Assembly: GCA_963796685.1 (NCBI GenBank)
Contig: CAWCMR010000005.1
Span: 256,001 to 320,000, forward strand
Length of the DNA stretch: 64,000 nucleotides
Source of the DNA: an uncultured delta proteobacterium
Lineage (GTDB): Bacteria; Myxococcota_A; Polyangia; Fen-1088
Direction: 5' to 3'
A program made the translations under genes and the position numbers. Below the pieces are notes generated by a model. The model ran no database searches. It was not told where the DNA came from and was given only the letters and a program-made list of their open reading frames with translations. Below are positions 52,998-64,000 of this stretch, piece by piece (the stretch's first letter is position 1; every line of letters starts with the position of its first letter).

Positions 52998-54111
52998 ATG
53001 GCGCTTGTCCTCGACCGACCCGGAATTCTGCACTGGCTGAGTGAGACCAAGAGCGATGCGCTCGACGACCTCTGGCAGGAGGCCGACCGCGTGCGCAAAG
53101 AGCACGTGGGCGACGAGGTGCACCTGCGCGGGCTCATCGAAATCTCCAACCACTGCCTGCGCCAGTGCCACTACTGCGGCCTGCGCGCGGGCAACCGCGA
53201 CCTCACCCGCTACCGCATGACCGCCGACGAGATCGTCGCCTGCGCCAAACAGTCCCGCGACTTCGGCTACGGCACCGTCGTGCTGCAGGCCGGCGAGGAC
53301 GAAGGCCTGACCCTCGGCGTGGTGGCCGAAATCGTGAAACGCATCAAGGCCGAGGCCGAGGTCGCGGTCACCCTGAGCCTGGGCGAGCGCACCCTCGACG
53401 AGCTGCGCGCCTGGCGCGAGGCCGGCGCCGACCGCTATTTGCTGCGCTTCGAGACCTCGAACAGCGACTTGTTCTCGCGCATGCACCCACCGCGCGGCGG
53501 ACAGCGGCCGTCGCGCATGAGCCTGCTCCGCCAGCTCGAGCCACTCGGCTACGAGGTCGGCAGCGGCGTCATGATCGGCATCCCGGGGCAAAGCTACGAA
53601 GATCTGGCCAACGACCTTGAGCTCTTTCGCGAGCTGGACCTGGACATGATCGGCGTGGGCCCGTTCATCGCCCACCCGGCCACGCCCTTCGGCCAGGCAG
53701 ACGCCGAAGAGCACGTCGGCCAGGTGCCCGCCAGCGAGCTGCATGACGTACAAGACGATGGCGCTGGCCCGCCTGCTCTGCCCCGATGCGAACATCCCCA
53801 GCACCACGGCCCTGGCCACGCTCAACCTCGACGAAGGGCGCGAGCTTGGCCTGCAGCGCGGGGCCAATATCGTCATGCCCAACATGACGCCGCCGGAATA
53901 CCGCGTGTACTACGAGATCTATCCCGCCAAGGCGTGTATCCGCGAGACTTCGGACCTGTGCAACCGCTGCATCACCGGGCGCATCAAAAAGCTGGGGCGC
54001 GAGATCGGCAGTGGCCCAGGCGACTCGCCCAACCTGGGTCGGCGCGCGCGCGGCAAGACGCCCAAGCTGCAACGTACGAACAGCAAGCCCCGTGGTCCCC
54101 ATTTGCCCTAG
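52998..54111 (+). CDS. hydE: [FeFe]-hydrogenase maturase HydE (radical SAM); frameshift near 53741
   Basis: RGLIEISNHCLRQCHYCGLR, RYLLRFET, DMIGVGPFIAHP; then NIPSTTAL, GANIVMPN, YEIYPAK in ORF 53743..54111; start uncertain. Confidence 0.85.
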
Positions 54112-54249
54112 CACCGCCGCATAGAGTCGTAGCCGCCGAACGAACGGCGAAGAAACGGCAGGCGCCTCAAGTTGGTGCGACGCTGGGCCGAATACCTAGA
54201 GAACACCTTGGTTTGCCCATGCGCCACTGGCTTGTTCCGTCCTTCGGGT

Positions 54250-55779
54250 ATGTCGGAGAACCGAAACGCGATTCGCGTGCTGCGCATGGCGGCGATCCTG
54301 GCGCTTGGATTCCTTACCGCCGGATGCGACAGCATCGTCGGGGAAAGCAAGGCATCCGCCGATGGCGGCGGCATGAACCTGTCAGCAGCCGTCGATGGTG
54401 GGGGCGGCGGCGAAGCGGCCGCCTCCATCGACGCGTCCTGCGAAAGCACTTCAGTGGCGGTCGGCCTCGATGCTTCGGTCGAAGCCGAGGGGATTGAGAG
54501 TATCGACACCGCATTGGGCCAACCGACCCAACTGGCCCTCGATGCCGGCAGCGTCGACAGCGGCCGTGGCACCGATTTGTCCACGCAACGCTACGATGCC
54601 TCGTCGGACCAGCGCGCCATCCCCGACGCACTCCTCGACAAGCCCGTCACAGGCATTCCGGACGCGCCACCTGACTCCCGAGGCAAGGAGACCGCCGACA
54701 GCCAGGGTGATCGAGCGCAGCCACCGATCCTTGATTCCGCAGTTGATCCCGCCGCGACGGACGTAAGGGATGCCGGCAACGGCGCTTCTCCCGATGTCGC
54801 TGTCGATGCGCCGGCTGACGCCAATCTGCCCGCGCCCACGGATGACGGCGCAGGCATGGGCGAAATCGGCGATGCCGCCAACGACAGCGTTGACACTTTG
54901 TCCCCGCTCGTCGATGCGGACATACCGAGCCCGGTGAAACAGATTTCGGCAGGAGGCTATCACACCTGTGCGCTTCGCAGCGACGGCACAGTCTATTGCT
55001 GGGGCAAGAACAGCGATGGACAAAGCTCGCCACCGGTTGAGAGCTTGTTCTCGCAGATTGCTGCGGACAACAATTTCACGTGCGGCCTCAAGCTGGATGG
55101 CACGGCGAAGTGCTGGGGCAGCAATACGTATGGCCAACGGACGGTACCCACGGGCTACTTCACGCAACTAACCGCCGGTTCCGCCCACGTGTGCGCTATC
55201 GCAACCGACGGTAAAGTCTCTTGCTGGGGCCTCAACACCTCGGGGCAGTGCCTGCCGCCCACTGGCACCTTCACGCAGCTCGCCGCTGGTTCGACGCACT
55301 CTTGCGGCATCCTGACCGCAGGCACCGTGGCCTGCTGGGGCGACACGACATTCAATCAGACCGCGGCCCCCTCGGGCTCATTTTCGCAATTGACCGCCTT
55401 CGGAAACCACTCCTGCGCAATCCGAGGCGACAGCAGCGTTTCCTGCTGGGGCAGTAACACCTACAAGGAGAGCAAACCTCCAGCAGGAACCTTCGTGCAA
55501 GTTGGCGCAGGCTATTGGCATTCCTGCGGCGTGCGAAGCGACGGCACGGTCGCCTGCTGGGGCGACGACACCTTCGGCCAAAGTACGCCTGCTGCGGGGG
55601 CTTTCGCCCAGGTCACGGCCGGCATGTACCACACCTGCGGTTTGCGCAGCGATGCCACCATCACCTGCTGGGGCGACGACAGCTTCGGGCAGAGCTGCAC
55701 CACCTTAAAGGTGGGAGACGCGCGCATTCCGGGACGACGGTATCCAGCAGTGGAGCCATTTTCCGCGAATCGGCCATAA
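54250..55779 (+). CDS. RCC1-repeat lipoprotein
   Basis: TAGC lipobox, DAG-rich linker, seven Q+.AG..H.C.+..DG.V.CWG....GQ repeats; true end may be 55708. Confidence 0.85.
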   Translation: MSENRNAIRVLRMAAILALGFLTAGCDSIVGESKASADGGGMNLSAAVDGGGGGEAAASIDASCESTSVAVGLDASVEAEGIESIDTALGQPTQLALDAGSVDSGRGTDLSTQRYDASSDQRAIPDALLDKPVTGIPDAPPDSRGKETADSQGDRAQPPILDSAVDPAATDVRDAGNGASPDVAVDAPADANLPAPTDDGAGMGEIGDAANDSVDTLSPLVDADIPSPVKQISAGGYHTCALRSDGTVYCWGKNSDGQSSPPVESLFSQIAADNNFTCGLKLDGTAKCWGSNTYGQRTVPTGYFTQLTAGSAHVCAIATDGKVSCWGLNTSGQCLPPTGTFTQLAAGSTHSCGILTAGTVACWGDTTFNQTAAPSGSFSQLTAFGNHSCAIRGDSSVSCWGSNTYKESKPPAGTFVQVGAGYWHSCGVRSDGTVACWGDDTFGQSTPAAGAFAQVTAGMYHTCGLRSDATITCWGDDSFGQSCTTLKVGDARIPGRRYPAVEPFSANRP

Positions 55780-55977
55780 GTGTAATGCAACTTACCATTA
55801 AATCGTATAATTTTCCATTTTTCAGTCTTAATGAATCTCGAACGCGAGTCGAAGACCTACCTGTCAAGGGATTCCAGTTTAGGACTCGACGGGTAATCGG
55901 ACGGTAAGCCCCGTTGAGCCAGGACGTGCCAAAGCACGATCTGGACATGTCCCGTCAATAGCAATGGAGGTCAGATC

Positions 55978-58794
55978 ATGTTCGACAAGAAGCGAGGATT
56001 GGCACATCTAGGGTTGGGGTTACTTATTTGCGGGGCTTGCGCGTGTGACGGGAGCCAGCAGCCAGCGAAGTCCATCGACTTGAACGTTGACGGATTCGAT
56101 GGACTTACCCCGACCCACTTTGACCTCTTGCAAACGGGTTGTACCATCACCAGTCCCTCACCGGCCGTGGGAACCACTCCAGCGGTGCTGGGAAGCGTGG
56201 CGTTTACCTTGCTCGATACTGAAACCCTCTATCTTTTCGAGCGACTGGCCGATGGCCAAGTGGTTGCCAACGCATCGACCGACGCCACCACTCCGACCGA
56301 GTGTGCATTTCCCCCTTCCTACAAGATCAACATCGCATCTGACACAGGGGACACATCGACGCACAAGGTATTCCTCGATTTCAACTATGGGGCGTTTGGC
56401 GTGGCCACCTCGGCATACAGCTCGAAGACCGCCGGATCGGGGCCCAACATTGTCATTGCGCTGACCGGCGCGAGCAATACCTTGCTCGTCCGAGGAACCT
56501 CACACCCAGATATCTTCACCTTTGGTAGCCTGACGGCGGGCTCACCCGCCGTGACCACGACCTATGGATCCTTTGCCTTCGGCACGTTGGTACTGCCCAA
56601 GACCGGCACTGGCGCTGGAACAGAGACCCCGCCGGCGGCGCGCGCCTTCCCGGACCTTAGCGCGACCGGGATCACGGCCATCACTGTCGCGACGGGTGCG
56701 GGCAACGACGTCATCACCGGTCAAGGTGGTGTGCCCATCGGACAGAAAGCCGGCATTGGCTTGTTGGACGGATCGATCAGTCTGACCGTGTACGGCGGCG
56801 CTGGCGATGACATCATCACCAGTGGCGACACCAGCACGAACGGGACGCTCAACCATCTGTTCGGCAACTGCGGCAACGACACCTTCCTGCAGCAGGCGGC
56901 GCTGGCCACTGACCTCATGGTCGGCTCCAATACGCAAGGCTGCCTTTCGACCGATGTCGACACGGCGGACTACAGCATTCGGACCAAGCCCCTGAACATC
57001 ACCGTGGGCGATTCCTCTCCCTATTTGGCGCCCTCGGTCGGCACCATCCTCTGCCCCAAGAAGTCTGTGATTGCTGACAATGACGGTTTCACCATCAACG
57101 ATGGAACCACCACACCCGTGGCCTTCGAGTACAAGAAGTCGGGATCGGCGGCCACCCGTGCGACCGGCACTATCACCATCGGTGCCGGCCTGACAGACAA
57201 CGAGACCTTCTCTCTGTCCGACGGAACATCGACCAATACCATCACTTTTGAGTATTTCGTCACGACCTCAAGCAATACCCCAGGCACAACCGGTACCCCA
57301 CCGGTTGACAACACGGTCATTGACGTCTTTGCCGCCTGTGGCGGTACTCCGACCCTCAACTGCATAGCGATTGCCACTCAGACGGCCATCGGCAGTCCCA
57401 GGTTTGGCATTACATCGTCGGCACCGGGCGCGGCCGTCATCTCACTTACCAACACGGTGTACGGTCCAACATCAAAAGTTCAGCTGGCCACCACCTCTAC
57501 CCACCTCACACTCTCCGCTCCGAGCACCGGCACCGCCGGGTTCGTTGCAACGAGCGGCAAGAAGACCATCGACATTTCAACCATTCCAACGAGTCCGGAC
57601 GCCGCGACGAAGGACCTTATCGCCAGCGCAACCGTGTTAGCCATCATGAACACCGCCAACGGCCTCGCAGCCGGCACCCCCCTCACCTCGACTGTCAGGG
57701 CGAGCACCAACGGACCGCTGGTTAACGTTACCTTCCCACTCTCGGGGAATCTGATTCAGGTCAACGCCGCCAAGCCTTCGAGCGCCCATCTTAACGGCGC
57801 GCTAGGTTCGATCGTGGTCACCGACTTTTCGACTCAACCTACTCCGCTCACTTCCGGGAATGATGGCCAATGGGACCCGATTAACATGGTCTCTCTCGAA
57901 CAGGACGATCTCGACATCGGCATCCAAAACGTGATCGGCGGCTCGGGCAATGACGTGATCGATGCGTCGATTGCGGCTGTTTCGCCCCACATCCTCTATG
58001 GTATGGGCGGCAACGACACCCTCATCGGATCAGACGGCAACGACACGCTGTACGGCGGTTGGGGCGACGACATCCTCAACGGTGGCAAGGGGAATGACCT
58101 TCTCGTCGGCGGTGACGGCAACGACACACTTCAGGGTGGAGCTGGCAACGACGTTATCAAGGGCGACGATGTCAACTGTCCGGTCGCGACCGTCATGGCA
58201 GCTGGAAGCAGCTACGCTACCCTCTGCACGTCGAAGACCGCTGTAGCATCCGCGACAAAAGGCGTGAACACCCTCGACTACGCCGACCACATGTCCGATG
58301 TCACGGTTGACATGACAACCATGGCGACGGTGGTCCTCGGCAGCGACGGCTCGTGCTCGTCGGGCCCGACCGTAGGCAAGTCTGGCGAATGCGATCTCGC
58401 CACGTCTATTCAGAATCTGCGCGGCGGTTCCGGCGACGACACGCTGACCGGCGACGCGAACGCGAACGTCATCCATGGCGGTCCAGGTAATGACACCATT
58501 TCGGGCTTCCCTGGCGTTGCTGGCGTCGCGGGCCCCGGCGGTAGCGATGCGCTCTACGGCGAGGATGGCAACGACGTCATCGACAATCACCTCAACAACA
58601 GCCCAATGGGCTCTGTGCTAAGCGGTGGCGCAGGGGTCAATCAGCTCACGAGCGGTCCGGGCGCAAACTACATCGACGACAGTAGTGGTGCCACGGGCAG
58701 CGTCGTGACCTGCGGGTCGAGCGATGACGTGGTCATGACGAGCGGCAATGAAACGTACGGATTGGGAAGCCTCTGTGTACTGAAGGTACAGTAG
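55978..58794 (+). CDS. RTX/hemolysin-type Ca-binding repeat surface protein
   Basis: Many GGxGxDxLx nonamers (GGKGNDLLV, GGDGNDTLQ, GGAGNDVIK); Thr-rich middle; N-terminal lipoprotein-like signal. Confidence 0.85.
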   Translation: MFDKKRGLAHLGLGLLICGACACDGSQQPAKSIDLNVDGFDGLTPTHFDLLQTGCTITSPSPAVGTTPAVLGSVAFTLLDTETLYLFERLADGQVVANASTDATTPTECAFPPSYKINIASDTGDTSTHKVFLDFNYGAFGVATSAYSSKTAGSGPNIVIALTGASNTLLVRGTSHPDIFTFGSLTAGSPAVTTTYGSFAFGTLVLPKTGTGAGTETPPAARAFPDLSATGITAITVATGAGNDVITGQGGVPIGQKAGIGLLDGSISLTVYGGAGDDIITSGDTSTNGTLNHLFGNCGNDTFLQQAALATDLMVGSNTQGCLSTDVDTADYSIRTKPLNITVGDSSPYLAPSVGTILCPKKSVIADNDGFTINDGTTTPVAFEYKKSGSAATRATGTITIGAGLTDNETFSLSDGTSTNTITFEYFVTTSSNTPGTTGTPPVDNTVIDVFAACGGTPTLNCIAIATQTAIGSPRFGITSSAPGAAVISLTNTVYGPTSKVQLATTSTHLTLSAPSTGTAGFVATSGKKTIDISTIPTSPDAATKDLIASATVLAIMNTANGLAAGTPLTSTVRASTNGPLVNVTFPLSGNLIQVNAAKPSSAHLNGALGSIVVTDFSTQPTPLTSGNDGQWDPINMVSLEQDDLDIGIQNVIGGSGNDVIDASIAAVSPHILYGMGGNDTLIGSDGNDTLYGGWGDDILNGGKGNDLLVGGDGNDTLQGGAGNDVIKGDDVNCPVATVMAAGSSYATLCTSKTAVASATKGVNTLDYADHMSDVTVDMTTMATVVLGSDGSCSSGPTVGKSGECDLATSIQNLRGGSGDDTLTGDANANVIHGGPGNDTISGFPGVAGVAGPGGSDALYGEDGNDVIDNHLNNSPMGSVLSGGAGVNQLTSGPGANYIDDSSGATGSVVTCGSSDDVVMTSGNETYGLGSLCVLKVQ

Positions 58795-58810
58795 AAAATA
58801 CGTTTCCACC

Positions 58811-58841
58811 AACGCCGGCCGCAGTGCGGCCGGCGTTTCTT
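58811..58841 (+). terminator. probable intrinsic terminator
   Basis: AACGCCGGCCGC-agt-GCGGCCGGCGTT hairpin followed by TCTT, 16 bp after the stop. Confidence 0.65.
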
Positions 58842-58921
58842 CGTGTCGACGCCAGGCGTCGCGAGTCGTGCGGACCCCGTCGTCTCAAGAAACCCCAGAA
58901 CCGGTCGATAAGGCTTGGACC

Positions 58922-60079
58922 ATGTGTACGACCAGGTACTTGCAGGTTGCGATAGCTCTGGTTTCTTTCGGATTTGGTTGTTCAGCGAAGACTTCCACAT
59001 CCGCGGCAGACGGTTCTGCCAACTCTGGTGAAGCGGGCAAGTTGACGGACTCCAGGACGATTGACGCTCAAGGTCTCGACTCAAAGACCCTCGATTTGAG
59101 GACAACGGATACGGGCGTCGCAGATGGGGCTGCGTCCGGCATGGACAACGGTCGCGCCGCCGATGTGCGCGATACCCAAAGTGCAATCGACAGCTCGCGT
59201 GATGTCGCTGGTTCCAAGGACAGCGCACAGGACCACCCAAGCTCCACCGACACGCCTCAGGCCAAGGATGTGAACGGCTCCGCAAGTGACATGGCGCCCG
59301 AGACCGAACCGGTTGGCCTTGGCACATGTGCATCACCCATCAAGATTCCGCAAGGCTTCTACCATTTCGACGTCACCAAGGACACCACCGGCGCCCCCCA
59401 CGTCTTCGATTTCCCCTGTGCCAGCAACGGGGCGAGCTTGGTCTTTCAGATAACGATTCCGTCCCGACAACCCCAGCTTGTGTACGCCGACACCTTCGGA
59501 ACAGCATGGAACACGGCCCTCTTCTTCAGCGACGACTGCGACGCGCCCACGCCGTCGGGTGGCATGGCATCGGCATGCAATGACGACGCCTGTGGCACGA
59601 GTCAATCCCAGGCTGCGGTAGCGGTAGGATATGGCTACCACTACCTTGTCGTTAGCGGCGTCAATGGCGAAAGCGGCCCCGTGACAGTGCATATTGAGGC
59701 CGCGACACTCGGCAGTGGTCCCAGCTCTTACCTTCCCCAAGGATCCGGCTCGGTGCTGGGAACCACCAGCGGGACGGACACCTCGGCGCTGTGCGAAGCC
59801 GCCGGCCCGATCAACAACTACTGGTGGCTAACCTGCCCCGACGATGTTGGGGGCGATCTCCATGCCTCGACCTGCGATGGCCTCACCTGGGACACCGTGC
59901 TGGGCGTGCAGATACCCCGCACAGAGTCCCAATCGTGCAACGACGACGACGACACGTGTGGGATGCGATCGACCCTCGACGCGATGCTGCCTCCGGGAGC
60001 TGGACTTCAGGTCCTCACGGTTGGTGGCAGCAATGCGAAAGACATGGGGAACTACACGCTCACCTACACGCGCCCCTAG
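58922..60079 (+). CDS. Cys-containing lipoprotein with two PPC-like domains
   Basis: GFGC lipobox; twice-repeated ADTFG/ASTCD..WDT.L....CNDD..CG..S pattern. Confidence 0.7.
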   Translation: MCTTRYLQVAIALVSFGFGCSAKTSTSAADGSANSGEAGKLTDSRTIDAQGLDSKTLDLRTTDTGVADGAASGMDNGRAADVRDTQSAIDSSRDVAGSKDSAQDHPSSTDTPQAKDVNGSASDMAPETEPVGLGTCASPIKIPQGFYHFDVTKDTTGAPHVFDFPCASNGASLVFQITIPSRQPQLVYADTFGTAWNTALFFSDDCDAPTPSGGMASACNDDACGTSQSQAAVAVGYGYHYLVVSGVNGESGPVTVHIEAATLGSGPSSYLPQGSGSVLGTTSGTDTSALCEAAGPINNYWWLTCPDDVGGDLHASTCDGLTWDTVLGVQIPRTESQSCNDDDDTCGMRSTLDAMLPPGAGLQVLTVGGSNAKDMGNYTLTYTRP

Positions 60080-60084
60080 CCATC

Positions 60085-60636
60085 ATGAAGAGAATCCGAC
60101 TCCACCCAAGCCTGGCCATCGTCGCGTTCCTGGGAGCGGCGAGTGCCCCACAAGCGTCCCTGCTTCGAGCCATGGCGCTCGACCAGTTGGTGACTTCCGC
60201 CAGCCAAATTGTCGTTGGTGAGGTCGTTTCAAAGAACGCGGCATGGGATCCCTCGCATCGCCGAATCTTTTCCACCATCGAGATCAAGACCGAGGAGTGC
60301 TGGAAGGGCTCTGCCAGGGAGATCGTTACCATTGTTCAACCCGGTGGCACCGTCGGGGAAATTGAAATGACGGTGCACGGAATGCCCTCATTCACGGTTG
60401 GGGAAAGGGTGCTGTTGTTCTTGCGAGGCCAGACCAAGTTCCAGGTGGTGGGCATGTCCGAAGGCAAACGCCCGCTGTCGTGGGATGCCGATGGCAAGCA
60501 ATGGCTGGTGGAGTCTCCGAGTGTGGCGGATGTCGTTGAAGTGGACGGCGATGGCAGACTTCGGCACGCCGCACCGGTCGCAAAGGTCCACTTGGATTCG
60601 ATGCGCGAGCAGGTTCGCAAGATGGTCGGGAACTAA
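60085..60636 (+). CDS. exported hypothetical protein, partner of the matrixin gene
   Basis: Signal peptide, IVVGEV, QPGGTVG, GMPSF..GERVLLFL. Confidence 0.7.
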   Translation: MKRIRLHPSLAIVAFLGAASAPQASLLRAMALDQLVTSASQIVVGEVVSKNAAWDPSHRRIFSTIEIKTEECWKGSAREIVTIVQPGGTVGEIEMTVHGMPSFTVGERVLLFLRGQTKFQVVGMSEGKRPLSWDADGKQWLVESPSVADVVEVDGDGRLRHAAPVAKVHLDSMREQVRKMVGN

Positions 60637-60639
60637 GTC

Positions 60640-61557
60640 GTGGGGAAGCGACGTCCTTGTCTTTTTGCGGCGACCACCCTCGCAAGTCTTGCCGTGTCTT
60701 CCAGCACCGCCTTCGCCTACGTCCGAATCGTATCGGATTCCGGAGTTCCTCTTTGGTGGCGAAATCCATGCATCACCATGGAAATCTACCTGGGCGAACC
60801 TCCACCCACCATGACCGCGAACCAATACTTCAACGCAAGCCAGCTGGCCGCGCAAGCCTGGAGCCACAGCTCCATTGCGTGTACGGGTCTGTCGCTTTCC
60901 ATCCAGAGAGAATCGGCGGCAACCGCCGAGGTTGGCCTGGATGGCAAGAACGTCATCGTCTTCCTCAAGGACAGTTGGTGCAAGGACTCGAATACGACCG
61001 ATGGGCCGTGCTATCCGCAAAACGCACTCGCGGTCACCTCGGACTTCAAGAACGACACCACCGGGCAAATTGGCGACGCCGACATCGAGTTCAATGCCGT
61101 GTACGTTACATGGGCTGATTTGGTCACGAATCCGGAGCTAGCGGCGAGCGACACCGCTGATTTCCAGAACACCCTGACCCATGAGCTCGGCCACGTGATT
61201 GGACTTGCTCACCCCTGCTACAGCGCGAACGATGGCACGCCCGTTCTCAAGGACAACAACGGTAACGATGAAGTTACGTGCGGGGGGGCCAATGTTCCCT
61301 TGTCGGTCCTCGACTCGACCATGTATCCCTCGCTCCCCATGAACGACACGCAGCGCCGCACACTCTCGCCGGACGACCAGCAAGCCGCGTGCGACATCTA
61401 TCCCTTCGCCTCCGCAACATGCCCCGCCGATTCGGCGCAAGGCTGTACCATCGGAGGTCAACCGTACAGTCGTCCGAGTCAGGTCTGGTCGCTTGGCCTG
61501 ATCGCTGGCGTCGCTCTATTGCTGGTGACTTTCGCCTATCGCCGTTCACGCTTCTGA
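60640..61557 (+). CDS. matrixin-family metalloprotease with MYXO-CTERM-like tail
   Basis: DADIEFN, THELGHVIGLAH, Met-turn STMYP; C-terminal GC...TM...RRSRF. Confidence 0.88.
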   Translation: MGKRRPCLFAATTLASLAVSSSTAFAYVRIVSDSGVPLWWRNPCITMEIYLGEPPPTMTANQYFNASQLAAQAWSHSSIACTGLSLSIQRESAATAEVGLDGKNVIVFLKDSWCKDSNTTDGPCYPQNALAVTSDFKNDTTGQIGDADIEFNAVYVTWADLVTNPELAASDTADFQNTLTHELGHVIGLAHPCYSANDGTPVLKDNNGNDEVTCGGANVPLSVLDSTMYPSLPMNDTQRRTLSPDDQQAACDIYPFASATCPADSAQGCTIGGQPYSRPSQVWSLGLIAGVALLLVTFAYRRSRF

Positions 61558-61565
61558 GCCGCGCA

Positions 61566-62858
<1,293 letters not shown>

Positions 62859-63027
62859 GGTCTGTCCTCTCTGCGTTGATGGCGAAGGTTTCTTAGCACG
62901 TCACGGGACCTCGTCAACAATAAAGGAATGCTGTCTTGTTGACAAGACACGGATAACAACGGGGCCTTGAATTTCAGAAGGTTGCGCCCAGGACCGCGGA
63001 CGGACTGTACGCAAGAATGGACATGCG

Positions 63028-63678
63028 CTAGCGGGCGTAGATGATGAGGTCGTGGTAGCGCCCCTCGGACACGCCGGGGTTCTCGTAGGCGTGCACCTCG
63101 TCGGCGCGAAACGAGATGGAATCGCCCGGCGCGAGCTCGTAGACCTCGCTGCCCACCCGCAGATTGAGCGAGCCGCTCAGCACCACGACGATTTCCCTGG
63201 TTCCCGTGGCGTGGGGATCCGAGGAATGCGAGGCGCGCGCCGCCAGCCTCAGCTCGTAGAGCTCGACCCAGGGATTCGACCCGGCGGGCGACAACGGACG
63301 ACTCTCCATTTTTCCGTCGGCCGAGCGAAGCACCTGCGCCTCCGTGCGACGCAGCACGGAAACCCCCTGGCCTTGCCCACCCATGAGCTCGGAAAAAGGG
63401 ATCCCCAGCCCCACCGCGATCTTCCACAGCACGCCTAGCGAAGGGTTGCTCTTGTAGAGCTCGATCTGGGACAGCGCCGCCCGGCTCACGCCGGAGGCAA
63501 CGGCGAGCTCATCCAGGGACAGCCCGCGCGCCTTGCGCTTCTCGCGAAGCTGCACGCCGACCCGCCTGGCCAGATCGGCCGCGCCGACATCGTCGCCGGG
63601 CGGAAGGGGCACTTTTCGCAGCGCATTGGACGATGCGCGTTTGCTGGCCGTGGAGACAGGGGTCTTTTCCCTTTTCAT
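63028..63678 (-). CDS. XRE-family HTH plus cupin transcriptional regulator
   Basis: GLSLDELAVASGVSRAALSQIE...NPSLGVLWKIA; cupin H..G.RE...L.PGDSI.F.AD..H.Y.N; start uncertain. Confidence 0.9.
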   Translation of the reverse strand: MKREKTPVSTASKRASSNALRKVPLPPGDDVGAADLARRVGVQLREKRKARGLSLDELAVASGVSRAALSQIELYKSNPSLGVLWKIAVGLGIPFSELMGGQGQGVSVLRRTEAQVLRSADGKMESRPLSPAGSNPWVELYELRLAARASHSSDPHATGTREIVVVLSGSLNLRVGSEVYELAPGDSISFRADEVHAYENPGVSEGRYHDLIIYAR

Positions 63679-64000
63679 TGCCATCCGCACCATACCACCA
63701 GCCCGTATCGGATGCAGGACCCGCCCCGATCCCGGTGGAATTCGCCAGGAAAAAAGTGACTTGCAGGGCGCGGCGGTGCAAAAGTGTCTCCCCCAGCTCG
63801 GGGCTGCCACCAGCGCGTGGGTTCTCCCACGCGAAATCATCAAAATAGTGTATGTGCCCGCAAGAAACTCGATATTGCCCAGAGTGAAGAAAAGGGGTGT
63901 TGTTAACCCTAGACTTGGCCGACGGTCCCCTTCACCATTGTCGAATTCAGGAGTTCAAAATGCGGTTTGGTGCTGTACCGACAATTACATTCTTTATCGC

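Overview
High-GC window from a myxobacterium-like organism (inferred from DUF4215/fibro-slime and Cys-rich lipoproteins, a MYXO-CTERM-like protease and several Ser/Thr kinases), probably anaerobic (nfnAB, hydE). Positions 1-33.6 kb are an accessory patchwork. It holds a vapBC pair and two oppositely oriented copies of a three-gene cassette (unknown adaptor-like gene, FIX-like polymorphic toxin with a Tne2/Tse6-like tip, Imm72-like immunity gene), each followed by orphan or relic modules. nfnAB has the 3' 768 bp of nfnB duplicated around an 8.7 kb island of secreted Cys-rich proteins. A three-kinase cluster is coupled to an RNAP-alphaCTD/sigma4-like fusion gene, and an ISAzo13-family IS splits the second adaptor gene while supplying a new in-frame ATG. 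Positions 33.6-64 kb are mostly housekeeping and envelope genes (sulfatase-like, SIR2-like, lon-dnaJ-clpB, S41 protease, deaminase-yggS-maf, O-antigen ligase, hydE, RCC1 and RTX lipoproteins, matrixin, metY, XRE-cupin). There are two copies of a ~250 bp CTAG-ended MITE-like element. Several single-base frameshifts cluster at AGCT/GATC motifs, which suggests methylation-linked sequencing errors. All family calls come from motif recognition by eye; no searches were run.
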